From Polyangiaceae bacterium (GTDB lineage Bacteria > Myxococcota_A > Polyangia > Polyangiales > Polyangiaceae), in the NCBI GenBank assembly GCA_044376115.1, contig JBILLK010000006.1, positions 32,001 to 96,000 on the forward strand: DNA of 64,000 bases. Direction: 5' to 3'. The notes beneath the pieces are model-generated. The model did no database searches and was not told where the DNA came from. It was given only the letters and a program-made list of their open reading frames with translations. This document shows, piece by piece, positions 25,381 to 34,890 of this stretch. The stretch's first letter is position 1, and each line of letters begins with the position of its first letter. A program made the translations under genes and the position numbers.

Positions 25381-27075
25381 TCAGGGCGTGCAGACCCCGG
25401 TGCCCATGTTGCACATTGCAGGGCCAATCCCGGTGCAATCCGTATTGTCGTTGCAGCCGCAGATGTTGGCGGCCAAACAATCGTGCCCGTCGTTGTTGGT
25501 CGCACACTCCGCGTCGAGCACACACTCGACACAGGTGTTCATGCCGACGAGGCAAGCAGGCGTTGGCGCGCTGCAGCCCATGTTGTTGATGCAATCTACA
25601 CACGTAGCCGTGGCGACGACGCATTGCTCGCCGGCGGCGCAGCCGCCCGTCGCGTCGCAGTTTACGCAGGTGTTGGTGGTGGTGTTGCATTGGTCGTTCG
25701 CGCCGTTGCACCCGCCGTCGTCGACGCAATCCACGCAAAGGTTGGTGGTGGTGTTGCACTGATCGGTGCCAGAGCAGCCAGCGTTGTTGATGCAATCGAC
25801 GCAGGTGTTGTTGGTCGTGTTGCATTGCTGGCCGGACGCACAGCCGGAATCATTGATGCAATCGACGCAGGTGTTGTTGGTCGTGTTGCATTGCTGGCCA
25901 GACGCACAACCGGAATCATTGATGCAGTCGACGCAGGTTGCCGAAGCTACGATGCACTGTTCGCCGTTTGCACAGCCCCCGCTTGCATCGCAGTTCACAC
26001 ATTGATTCGTGCCGGTATTGCACTGGTCGTTTACACCCGAGCAACCCGCGTCGCTGGTGCAGTCGACACAGGTTCCACTGCCATTACACTGGCCTGCCGT
26101 GGGCGGGCTGCAGGTTACGCCGGCGGCGATATTGATGGTTGATGCCGCTCCATTCGAGCAGGAAGGCGCGACACAATCGTTCGGCGTGACGTCGTCCGCG
26201 GGGTCGCTGTTGTCCGCTCCCGAGACGGCGTCGATCGACGTACCATCGCAGACGAGCTGTTGGCAGTTGCCATCGATGCCATCGTCGGCAAAGGGCCCAG
26301 CGGGAACGGGGGCGGTTTCACATAGGCCAGCGGTGCACACCGGGTTCCCGCAGTCGGTATCGAGCCCCGGGTCGGTGCAGTCACCGGCGTCATTGCACGA
26401 GCAGGACCCGTTCAAACATTGGAAGGCGTCGTTGCGGCCGCAGCTGTTCGTGTTGTTGACGAGCGTCGGCATGCCGGCGGCATCGCAGCCCTCGGTGGTG
26501 CAAGGGTTGCCGTCCTCATCGGTCGGGATATCGGTCTCGTCGGGCGCGGTGCCGGGGACGTCGCCGTTGCAGGCAGGCTGCTGGCAGTCGTTGGGCACGT
26601 CAGGCGGTAGCTGCGTCGGGTCAGGCGTCGTGCCGGGGGTGCTGCCGTTGCAGATGGGGAGCTTGCAGTCCTGCGGCACGTCTGTCGGTAGGTCGGTCGG
26701 GGCGGGGTTCGAGACCTGCTCGGTGCCCTCGCAGACGTTCTCTTTGCAGTCACCATCCACTTGGACGAGCGTGAAAACCTCCGCAGCGGGGTGCAGGCAG
26801 TTCCCCTCGACGTCGCATACGTCGTCGGTGCACGGGTTATCGTCATCACAGTCAACGCCCCCGCAAACATCGCCACCAGTTCCGCCGGTTCCGCCGCTTC
26901 CACCCCCTCCCGTCGGGCGGAAGCGTTCGAAGTCTTGAAGGCACCCCGAGCCAGCGAGCACCAAAAGCGGAAGACCAACAATCGCCGAAAGTCGAAGTGC
27001 CAAGAGAACCTCGCGAGCAGGAGTATGCGTGCAGCATACAGGTAAACTGGCCGTTCTAACAAACCCTGGTCCCAA
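25381..27075 (-). CDS. Cysteine-rich repeat lipoprotein/surface protein
   Basis: Lipobox-like LAGSGC, Gly linker, DDDNPCTDDVC and DEDGNPCTTEGC myxobacterial disulfide repeats, and about 8 CVDC-x4-C-x5/6-C repeats. Real start may be TTG 27003. Confidence 0.85.
   Translation of the reverse strand: MGPGFVRTASLPVCCTHTPAREVLLALRLSAIVGLPLLVLAGSGCLQDFERFRPTGGGGSGGTGGTGGDVCGGVDCDDDNPCTDDVCDVEGNCLHPAAEVFTLVQVDGDCKENVCEGTEQVSNPAPTDLPTDVPQDCKLPICNGSTPGTTPDPTQLPPDVPNDCQQPACNGDVPGTAPDETDIPTDEDGNPCTTEGCDAAGMPTLVNNTNSCGRNDAFQCLNGSCSCNDAGDCTDPGLDTDCGNPVCTAGLCETAPVPAGPFADDGIDGNCQQLVCDGTSIDAVSGADNSDPADDVTPNDCVAPSCSNGAASTINIAAGVTCSPPTAGQCNGSGTCVDCTSDAGCSGVNDQCNTGTNQCVNCDASGGCANGEQCIVASATCVDCINDSGCASGQQCNTTNNTCVDCINDSGCASGQQCNTTNNTCVDCINNAGCSGTDQCNTTTNLCVDCVDDGGCNGANDQCNTTTNTCVNCDATGGCAAGEQCVVATATCVDCINNMGCSAPTPACLVGMNTCVECVLDAECATNNDGHDCLAANICGCNDNTDCTGIGPAMCNMGTGVCTP
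25787..25938. repeat. 66-bp near-identical tandem repeat (22-aa unit CINDSGCASGQQCNTTNNTCVD)
   Basis: TGATGCA(A/G)TCGACGCAGGT at 25788, 25854 and 25920. Confidence 0.85.
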
Positions 27076-27148
27076 GCCGCCGAAGCGAGCCCGCGAGCTT
27101 GCTGTGCCGATCCATTGACGCTAGGCTCCGGTATCTCCTCGGGGGAAC

Positions 27149-29284
27149 GTGGCCACAGCAAACCCGCTTCAGCAACCAGCGCCCAGTGCGAGCAACGTGC
27201 TCGGGAAGTTCAAGCTCATCGCGGAGCTGGGGCGGGGTGGCATGTCCGAGGTCTACCTGGCGGTCATTGCGGGGCCTGCAGGCTTCAACAAGCTCGTCGT
27301 GGTCAAGCTGATCAAGGCGGAACTCGCAGAAGATCCTGACTTCATCAGCATGTTCTTGGAAGAGGCGCGTCTCTCCGCGCGGCTCAGCCACCCCAACGTC
27401 GTCCAGACCAACGAGGTCGGCGAGTTCAACGGTCGTTACTACATCGCCATGGAGTACTTGGAGGGCCAGGCCTACAGCCGGATCCTTCATCGCCTAGGCC
27501 GAGATCGTGGTCTGCCGCTGGGTATGTCGCTGAGAACGTTGAGCGACGTGCTGCAAGGGCTTCACTACGCCCACGAGCTAGCCGATTTTGACGGTTCGCC
27601 TCTCGGCGTGGTTCATCGAGATGTCACACCTCACAACGTTTTCATCACCTACGACGGTCAGGTGAAGGTGGTGGATTTCGGCATCGCCAAGGCGATGAAC
27701 TCTTCGCACGAGACGCGAACCGGCATGCTCAAAGGCAAAGTCGGTTACATGGCGCCCGAGCAGGCACGCGGGGAGCGTGTGGACCGTCGCGCAGATATTT
27801 TCAGCGTTGGCGTGATGTTGTGGGAAGCGGCAGTCGGTAAGCGGCTTTGGAAGGGCCTCAACGAGGTGCAGATCCTTCATCAGCTGCTGTCCGGGGAGAT
27901 CCCATCGCCACGGTCGATGCGCCCGGACATCTCGCTTCAGCTCGAGAGCATCATCATGAAGGCCGTGGCGATGGACCGAGATCGTCGGCACTCCACAGCG
28001 CTCGAACTCCAAAGCGAGCTCGACGAGCTGATGGACTCAGGCAGTGAGCGCTCCACGCTGCGAGAAGTTGGTCGCTTGCTCTCAACGACCTTCGAGGATG
28101 AGCGGCGCAAGCTAAAGGGCATCATCGAGCAGCAGGTCGCAAAGTCGTCCATGTTGGCGACGGGGCTTTACCAGCAGATGCCGTTGCCTGCGGTGGAGCA
28201 GCCCAACTTCACTGGCGAGGTGCCGCGTCTTTCGATGGGGCCGATGTCCGGATCGATGGGCTCGCACACCGGGGCCTCCAACAGTTTTCAGCCGCAGTAC
28301 ACCGGGCAACAGCCCGTGCAGCCGAGCCCGACGTTCCAGGGGCATTCCCCGTCGTACTCCCACCCGGGCGCACAGTTCGCCCATCAAACGGGCTCGTTCC
28401 AGAACCAAAGTCAGCTGGGTTCCAACCCCCAGCAGGGCTCCAACGCCGCGCCCTCGCACCCTGGTAGCGGCTCGCACCCTGGTCATTCACACGTCGCTAG
28501 TGGTTCGCACCCCGGCGTCTCGCAGCACGCGGGTCACAGTTTCTCCGGCTCCTATCCCGGGGCTGGCGCGCACCCAGGCCTCCATAGCTCAATCCCTCGC
28601 TTCTCCCCGCCCATGAGCGGGAGTGAGCCTGGCCACAGCTCGCAACCGAGCTTCTCCAACTCAATCAATCACGCCAGCGTCGCAACGCCTCGCGCGGCGA
28701 AGCCTTCCACCAACCGGCTCACGCTGGTTGCCCTCGGGGTCGCCGCAGCGGCGGGCGGGGCTGCAGCGCTGCTCTACGTCGGTTTTTCGAAAGCCCCCGC
28801 AAGCGCTCCCGTAGCCGCGAGCGCCCCCGCAGCTGTCGCAAGCCAGGCGGCGGTTCCCGCTCCAGCCCCGACGGCAAGCCCCGTTGCTCTCGCGACCGCA
28901 CCCCAGAGCGCAGACGCAGCGACCAGCCACAAGCTCAAGGTGAAGGTCTCTCCCGATACGGCTGACATCTTTCTCGATGGAAAGAAGGTCGGAACGGGCA
29001 GCTATGAGGGGCTGCTCAAGGCAGATGGCACGGAGCATGAGTTGAAGGTGGACGCCCCTGGTTACGCGTCAAAGTCGCGGACGCTCACAGGCTCTGAAGA
29101 CGTGACGTGGGACGTCGAGTTGACGGCGGAACGGCGCACAACGGGCGGTCCTGTCACCAAGTCGACGGCTGCCCCTACGGCGGATCCGACCCCTGTTCCC
29201 ACGGCCACCGCCACGGGACCGCTGCGAGACAGCAAGGGCCGGGTGATTCGGCCAATCGATTCCAGTTATCCCGGCGGCAACTGA
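27149..29284 (+). CDS. Membrane Ser/Thr protein kinase with extracytoplasmic PEGA domain
   Basis: GRGGMSEV, VVVK, VHRDVTPHNV, DFG, YMAPE, DIFSVG; SHPG-rich linker; TM; PEGA-like VSPDTADIFLDGKKVG..HELKVDAPGY. Confidence 0.93.
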   Translation: MATANPLQQPAPSASNVLGKFKLIAELGRGGMSEVYLAVIAGPAGFNKLVVVKLIKAELAEDPDFISMFLEEARLSARLSHPNVVQTNEVGEFNGRYYIAMEYLEGQAYSRILHRLGRDRGLPLGMSLRTLSDVLQGLHYAHELADFDGSPLGVVHRDVTPHNVFITYDGQVKVVDFGIAKAMNSSHETRTGMLKGKVGYMAPEQARGERVDRRADIFSVGVMLWEAAVGKRLWKGLNEVQILHQLLSGEIPSPRSMRPDISLQLESIIMKAVAMDRDRRHSTALELQSELDELMDSGSERSTLREVGRLLSTTFEDERRKLKGIIEQQVAKSSMLATGLYQQMPLPAVEQPNFTGEVPRLSMGPMSGSMGSHTGASNSFQPQYTGQQPVQPSPTFQGHSPSYSHPGAQFAHQTGSFQNQSQLGSNPQQGSNAAPSHPGSGSHPGHSHVASGSHPGVSQHAGHSFSGSYPGAGAHPGLHSSIPRFSPPMSGSEPGHSSQPSFSNSINHASVATPRAAKPSTNRLTLVALGVAAAAGGAAALLYVGFSKAPASAPVAASAPAAVASQAAVPAPAPTASPVALATAPQSADAATSHKLKVKVSPDTADIFLDGKKVGTGSYEGLLKADGTEHELKVDAPGYASKSRTLTGSEDVTWDVELTAERRTTGGPVTKSTAAPTADPTPVPTATATGPLRDSKGRVIRPIDSSYPGGN

Positions 29285-29346
29285 ACTCTGGGGCGAGGTA
29301 GCGACGCCGGGTTGGCCGTTTCTTGTGCGGCTGGTACCGTTTCGGC

Positions 29347-30345
29347 ATGAAGTCGCTTTGGGGTTCGCTTCGTTCGATTGGGCTCGCAGCGGCCTGTTCT
29401 TGTGCGCTGGCCGCGCCCCTTGCCCTCCCGTCTCAGGTTCTCGCGCAAACCGCGAGCCAGACCAAGGCCGAGGAGGCCAAGGCTCGCTACACCAAAGGTG
29501 TCGAGCTCCACACCGAGGGCGATTACCAATCAGCCTTGATCGAATTCAAACGCTCGTACGAGCTCGTGCCCAACTACCACGTGCTCTTCAACATTGGGCA
29601 GGTGTACTTCCAGTTAGCCGACTACGCGAATGCGCTGCGTACGCTCGAGCAGTACTTGGAGGAAGGCGGCAAACGTATCCCGGTATCCCGGAAGTCCGAC
29701 GTTGATCGAGACGTCGAGAAACTGAGGGCCCGCGTGGCGACCGTAACGGTGAAGGTCAACGTGCCCGGAGCCGAGGTGCGCGTCGATGACCAATTGGTCG
29801 ACGTTCCGGCCAACAACAAGGTGTTGGTGAGCGCCGGTAAGCGCAAGTTCGAGGTGAGCAAGCCGGGCTACAAGCTGTTGTCGAAAACAGAGGAGATCGC
29901 TGGCGAAGAGACGCGCGAGATGAGCTTTGAGCTTGTTCCTGACACCAACCCCGAGAAGGGCGGCCCAGTGATCGTACCGGGGCCCGCGGTTGAGGCAGGG
30001 CCGCCCGTCGTGCCGATCATCTTGTGGTCGCTGACCGGTGCTTTGGCCGTTGGGACCGGGGTGACCGGGGCTTTGGCACTAACGGCTGATTCGACGCTCG
30101 ATCGACTCAAGACCGAGCCCGGGAACACCGAGCAGCAGATCGTCGAGCAAGCCGATTCGGCGAAGACGTTGGCCCTCGTCACAGACATCCTGCTCGCGGG
30201 GACCGCCGTCTCCGCTGGCGTAGCTACTGTGTTCACCATCCTCGAGCTAAGCAGTGGCCCGGAGCAACCCGCTGCAGCGCCGTCGGCCGTCGAGGCCCGG
30301 CTCCGGGTCACGCCGCTCGGCCTTTCACTCGAAGGTACGTTCTAG
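29347..30345 (+). CDS. Exported TPR + PEGA protein
   Basis: Signal peptide; TPR (AKARYTKGVELH..ALIEFKRSY..VLFNIGQVY); PEGA (VNVPGAEVRVDD..VSKPGY); Gly-rich hydrophobic helices; ends LEGTF. Confidence 0.88.
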   Translation: MKSLWGSLRSIGLAAACSCALAAPLALPSQVLAQTASQTKAEEAKARYTKGVELHTEGDYQSALIEFKRSYELVPNYHVLFNIGQVYFQLADYANALRTLEQYLEEGGKRIPVSRKSDVDRDVEKLRARVATVTVKVNVPGAEVRVDDQLVDVPANNKVLVSAGKRKFEVSKPGYKLLSKTEEIAGEETREMSFELVPDTNPEKGGPVIVPGPAVEAGPPVVPIILWSLTGALAVGTGVTGALALTADSTLDRLKTEPGNTEQQIVEQADSAKTLALVTDILLAGTAVSAGVATVFTILELSSGPEQPAAAPSAVEARLRVTPLGLSLEGTF

Positions 30346-30381
30346 CGAGTTCAGCGGCGCGCATGCCGCTATCATAGCGGC

Positions 30382-32901
30382 ATGCGGTCAGGCTCTTGTT
30401 CAATCGCGCTTCTTACCCTGCTGGCAGCTTCATGTGGTGACGATGAAACCCAAAGTCCGCCAGCCGTGGACCTCGGGCTCGAAGGCGGCTTCCTAGGTGA
30501 GGTTCAGTCGGGTAATCGGCTAGTGCTCAAAGCTGCGGACGGCAGGGTGCTGCTGGACGGTCTCCCGGTCGGGACCGTCGCTGCGGATGGTCCACCGCTC
30601 GTAGGCTTCGCCACGCGCGAGGTGACCACGACCTACGAGATGCAGTTTGGCGCCTTCAAGCCAACCTCGGTCGCCGAGGGAAGCTGGCGGGTAGCACAAG
30701 AGCTCAAGAAGGAAGCGAGCGGGCTGACGCTGCTCGGCTCGGGCGCCGAAGAGCTCGCGCGCTTGGCCTTCTCTTCGCCGGAGGAAGGCCACCTGGTGAT
30801 CGAGATAAAGCCAGGCCCCGATGCGCAATTCGACCCCAACGAACCTGCCACCGCGACCAAGCTCTCGTGGGGGTTCGCGTGCGACAAGCAGGACCACTTT
30901 GCCGGGTTTGGCGCACAGACCTGGGACGCTGATCATCGTGGCCAAACGGTCCCGGCGTTCGTGACCGAAGGCGGTATCGGCAAATCCGAGACGGACGATT
31001 ACTCCGCATTGTGGATGTTGCAGGGGCAACGGCACTCGAGTCACGCGCCGCTGCCTGAATATCTATCGAGCCGGGGTTACTTGTTCGTCGCCGAGACCGA
31101 TCGGCGGTCTACCTTCGCGCTTTGCTCAGAAGCAGAGAGTGCGGCGCGCGTCGAGATTGATATGCCCGCCATTTTGCACGTGTTCGATGGGCCGGAGCCT
31201 GCTGTGGCCATCGAGCGAGCGACGGCTACCTTCGGGCGCCCGCGCATGCCACCACCGGTAGCGTTTGCTCCTTGGCTGGACGCTGTGTTCGGTAGCGAGA
31301 ATGTTCGCAGAATCGCGCAGAAGCTCCGCGAGGAGCTGATTCCTGTCAGCGTAATCTGGACAGAGGATTGGCGCGGCGGCGATTGGGAAGGCGAAAACTA
31401 TGCACTAAAAGAAGAATGGGAGGTCGACCGTACCCTCTATCCCGATATTGAAGCAGTGGCCGATGACCTCCACGGACTCGGGTTCGACTTCCACGTGTAC
31501 TTCAATCCCTTCGTCTATATGGACTCCAAGGCCTGGACCGAGACCGAGCCCAACGGATACCTCGTTAAAAAGCCGTCCGGAGAACCGTATACCTTCACCG
31601 GAGCCAAATTCACCGAGTGCGGCCTGATCGATCTCGACAACCCCGATGCGCGTGCCTGGGCCTCCTCCAAAATGGAGGGCGCGATCGCGCTCGGGGCAGA
31701 CGGCTGGATGAACGACTTCGCAGAGTGGCTTCCCACCGACGGCGTCACAGCGGCGGGGCCCTCATACATGTCTCATAACGTGTATCCGGTGCAGTGGCAG
31801 GAAGTGGCGCGCGCCGCGATCGACGCCCAGACAGATGGCGTGCCGCGCTTGTTCTTTGGACGCAGCGGATGGTTTGGCAGCCCAGCGCTGACCGACGTTT
31901 TCTGGGCCGGTGACCAGCGTACGACCTTTGACGAGGATGACGGTTTCCCAACCTTGATCCCGCAAGCCATTGGGCTCGGCATCGTGGGCATATCAACCTA
32001 CGGTCACGACATCGCTGGCTATCAGTCGGCGACCAACCCTGGCTCCTCCAAAGAGCTTTTCTTCCGTTGGACGTCGCTGGGGGCGTGGTCCCCGGTGATG
32101 CGCACGCATCACGGCAATCAGCCCAATAAGGTATGGAGTTGGGAGAAGGACGCCGAGACGATCGCGCACTTCAAGCGCTACGCCGAGCTGCATATGAGCC
32201 TCGTGCCTACGCTCACAGCGCTCGCGCGCGAGGCCGCTGATACCGGCATGCCGATGTGGCGTGGCCTCGCTTTGCACTACCCCGAGGATGCGGCGGTCTG
32301 GCCGATCAAGGACCAGATCCTGCTGGGCCGTAGCCTCATGATCTCGCCGGTCATCGTCGAGGGCGCGACCAACAGGCCGATCTACTTCCCGGAGGGGCGC
32401 TGGTTCGATTGGAATGCCGATGGCGCGGTTGACGGGCCAGTCACCCAAACCGTCGAGTCCGGTATGGAGGAGATTGCCGTGTTCGCGCGCGCCGGTGGCA
32501 TTGTCCCGATGTATCCGGACGGTGTGATGACGTTGGTTCGCGGTTCGGCCGAGGTCCCTGACGCAAGCTTGGTGGGCGACGATCGCATCGTCCGCGTCTT
32601 CCTCGGGGATAGCGGCAACATCGTTGAAGATGGCGGGCTCGCATACGAGCTAACCGCCCTCGCTGAACTCGGCGACTCGCTGTCGCTAGAGTTCGAGGGC
32701 GAGGGCGCAGCGAGCGTTTCGCTCAGCAAGTGTGACAGTGAGTTGACGGCGCCGTGCGTGGAGACGAGCGGTCGGGAACTCGTGGCGCACGTGGTGGGAG
32801 CCGGAAGATTTACTGTGCTATCGGGGCAAACGGCGTCTGCTGAGTTCGTCGTTTCCGGCGGAGACCCGGCGCGCGTTCTGACGGTCCGCTTTCGCCACTG
32901 A
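30382..32901 (+). CDS. Glycoside hydrolase family 31 lipoprotein (alpha-glucosidase/YihQ-like branch)
   Basis: Lipobox LAASC; nucleophile motif DGWMNDFAE; acid/base FWAGDQ; GHDIAGY; ELFFRW; PVMRTH. Confidence 0.9.
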   Translation: MRSGSCSIALLTLLAASCGDDETQSPPAVDLGLEGGFLGEVQSGNRLVLKAADGRVLLDGLPVGTVAADGPPLVGFATREVTTTYEMQFGAFKPTSVAEGSWRVAQELKKEASGLTLLGSGAEELARLAFSSPEEGHLVIEIKPGPDAQFDPNEPATATKLSWGFACDKQDHFAGFGAQTWDADHRGQTVPAFVTEGGIGKSETDDYSALWMLQGQRHSSHAPLPEYLSSRGYLFVAETDRRSTFALCSEAESAARVEIDMPAILHVFDGPEPAVAIERATATFGRPRMPPPVAFAPWLDAVFGSENVRRIAQKLREELIPVSVIWTEDWRGGDWEGENYALKEEWEVDRTLYPDIEAVADDLHGLGFDFHVYFNPFVYMDSKAWTETEPNGYLVKKPSGEPYTFTGAKFTECGLIDLDNPDARAWASSKMEGAIALGADGWMNDFAEWLPTDGVTAAGPSYMSHNVYPVQWQEVARAAIDAQTDGVPRLFFGRSGWFGSPALTDVFWAGDQRTTFDEDDGFPTLIPQAIGLGIVGISTYGHDIAGYQSATNPGSSKELFFRWTSLGAWSPVMRTHHGNQPNKVWSWEKDAETIAHFKRYAELHMSLVPTLTALAREAADTGMPMWRGLALHYPEDAAVWPIKDQILLGRSLMISPVIVEGATNRPIYFPEGRWFDWNADGAVDGPVTQTVESGMEEIAVFARAGGIVPMYPDGVMTLVRGSAEVPDASLVGDDRIVRVFLGDSGNIVEDGGLAYELTALAELGDSLSLEFEGEGAASVSLSKCDSELTAPCVETSGRELVAHVVGAGRFTVLSGQTASAEFVVSGGDPARVLTVRFRH

Positions 32902-32935
32902 GCGAGGGCCAAGGTCGTAATGACCTTGGCTCGCT
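32901..32935. terminator. Hairpin between convergent genes, possible bidirectional terminator
   Basis: GCCAAGGTC-GTAAT-GACCTTGGC (32908-32930), extendable by AGCGAG/CTCGCT; no U-tract. Confidence 0.5.
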
Positions 32936-32953
32936 GCACTCCCTTGCGGTGCT

Positions 32954-34807
32954 CTACTGGGGGACCGGCGGCACGACCACGTCACTGAGCGGCTGTACGC
33001 TCGCTCCAGCTGGATAGGCGTAGCTGACGTATTGCGAGTAGGGAAACAGGAGAGCGCTTGCGTCCCCGCCCGTTGCGCCGCTGCCCCAACCCCACACGGT
33101 AATGGAGAATGGCCCGTCGCTCGTCGCCTCGTTGCGTCCGTTGTCACACCCGCCTTGTGGGGCGAAGTTCCCCGTGACCAAGTCGACGTAGGCGTATTCA
33201 TAGGTGCTGCCGTCCCCAACCGGCAGCCAACCCGAAATAGGGGCTCCTTGGCAGGCCAACGTCACATCTCGGAAGCCGTTGGGCGTGGCTTTGCGAATGA
33301 CCGTTAAGCTCGTCTCCGGATACGTCGGGTCGGTGAAGAAGACGTATTGGTTGAGGAACTGCTCGGAGGGGATGGCGTTGACCGTCTCCGGGTCCCCACG
33401 GCAATCTCCAAACTGATCCACGCTGACGTCGGCACAACCGGTCATATGCGCTGATACGTAAAAGGGGTGGTCCTGGTCCTGACTGCGCACGACGAACGGC
33501 GCAGAAGTCGAGAACTCGGCGACCTGACCCACGCCGATCGTGGTGGGTGCGCCAGGCGGCGCGGCGGGTTCGTAGCTGAGCTGAGTCCCAGCCACCGAGC
33601 CGATGATGCGCCACGGCGGCACCTCTTCGATTCCGGCAAAGCGATTGCGATGATGCACCCCGACGTACTCGGTGCCGAGCGCTCGCACCGGTGGGATCAT
33701 CTGATGCCCGGCGTCACAGGCCCCGGTTGAAACGTCGGGGATAACCATACAGCGATTGCCACCGATGAGCCCCACAGGTTTATTGCTTTGGACAGGGCTG
33801 CCAGTCAAATCCTCGGCTTCAGTGAACTGAAGCACTTGCCCCTTTGCCAATTGATACGTCGCCGGAACGCCAGCGCTCGTCCCAGTTACCCCTGGCCCGC
33901 CAAGAATGGTCCCCGTTGGAGCGATGGTTACTTCGGTGCCGTCTTCTGCTGCGATGACTTGGATATACTGGTAAAAATTCGTGTCGCCGGGGATCGTTTG
34001 GCGGTAGGGCTCAATGGCTACGTAGTTCGTATCCCAAGAGCTCGTTGGTAAGAGCAACGTTGCGCTGGTGATGGCGCTCGGCCCGCCACCATACGGAAAG
34101 ATGTCATAGGCAACCACCGGTACGCTGCTCGTGACACGGAAAGACTGCGCAATACCCGTCCCGTGGAGGGCTGCGTCCTGCGACGTCAGTGCCGGAGTGA
34201 TGCCGGCTGGGCAAGCAGGTGTGTAGAGCGCGCCCGGGTTGAACTGCGCGAGGAAGAGAACGGCCACTTCCCCCGCGGGGATCTGCCCGTTGGGGAGGGG
34301 TTGGTAGCTGATATTGGCGCCGCTTCCGCTCGGAATGCGAGCAAAGGAGCTTACGTCGAGAGGCTGGCCAGCTCGTTCCACGGTCAGCGTGGCTGGGCTC
34401 GTCCAGGTATTGGCGACGAAGGTGGCAAAGCACGCGCCGGCCGAGAACGTCACATCAGGGTTGACGGTGTAATAGTCACAACCAACCGAACTCTTGTTGG
34501 CTTTGGCTGCATCGCAGGCCGCAATGCACTCGCCAGCGGCACAACCCTGCTCTGCGGGGCAGGTGCCGACCACCTCCCCATCGCAGAGAATGGTGTGTAG
34601 ATCCGCGGCGCACGAGCGCTCCCCAGCGCATGGCCCGCTGGCTCCAGTGCCGAAGCCACCTCCTTGGCCACCGAAGCTTCCGCTAGAGCCGCCGCTCGCA
34701 CTCGTGTTGGCGCCGGTTCCGGTCGTGGGGTTGCCGGCGTCACAGCCCAAAGCCAAAAGCAACGCGAAGGCGGCGCCCACGCTCGTTTCCGGGGAATGTC
34801 TAAGCAT
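32954..34807 (-). CDS. IgGFc-binding-domain lipoprotein
   Basis: Lipobox LALGC, Gly linker, SSVGCDYY, FRVTSSVPVVAY, SATLLLPTSSW, DLTGSPVQSNKPV, EQFLNQYVF, SYAYPAG. Start at ATG 34807. Confidence 0.85.
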   Translation of the reverse strand: MLRHSPETSVGAAFALLLALGCDAGNPTTGTGANTSASGGSSGSFGGQGGGFGTGASGPCAGERSCAADLHTILCDGEVVGTCPAEQGCAAGECIAACDAAKANKSSVGCDYYTVNPDVTFSAGACFATFVANTWTSPATLTVERAGQPLDVSSFARIPSGSGANISYQPLPNGQIPAGEVAVLFLAQFNPGALYTPACPAGITPALTSQDAALHGTGIAQSFRVTSSVPVVAYDIFPYGGGPSAITSATLLLPTSSWDTNYVAIEPYRQTIPGDTNFYQYIQVIAAEDGTEVTIAPTGTILGGPGVTGTSAGVPATYQLAKGQVLQFTEAEDLTGSPVQSNKPVGLIGGNRCMVIPDVSTGACDAGHQMIPPVRALGTEYVGVHHRNRFAGIEEVPPWRIIGSVAGTQLSYEPAAPPGAPTTIGVGQVAEFSTSAPFVVRSQDQDHPFYVSAHMTGCADVSVDQFGDCRGDPETVNAIPSEQFLNQYVFFTDPTYPETSLTVIRKATPNGFRDVTLACQGAPISGWLPVGDGSTYEYAYVDLVTGNFAPQGGCDNGRNEATSDGPFSITVWGWGSGATGGDASALLFPYSQYVSYAYPAGASVQPLSDVVVPPVPQ

Positions 34808-34890
34808 GGTTTGAGCCTCGCATTCGTGGCGGCCGACCACAAGCCCGCGCAAGCCGCGATTCTCCCGCCGAGAGCTGCTAAGTCTGGGGC

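Noticed and set aside
25787..25938. Regularly spaced direct repeats resembling a CRISPR array
   Set aside because: The units are contiguous in-frame 66-bp coding repeats with no unique spacers, and there are no cas genes.
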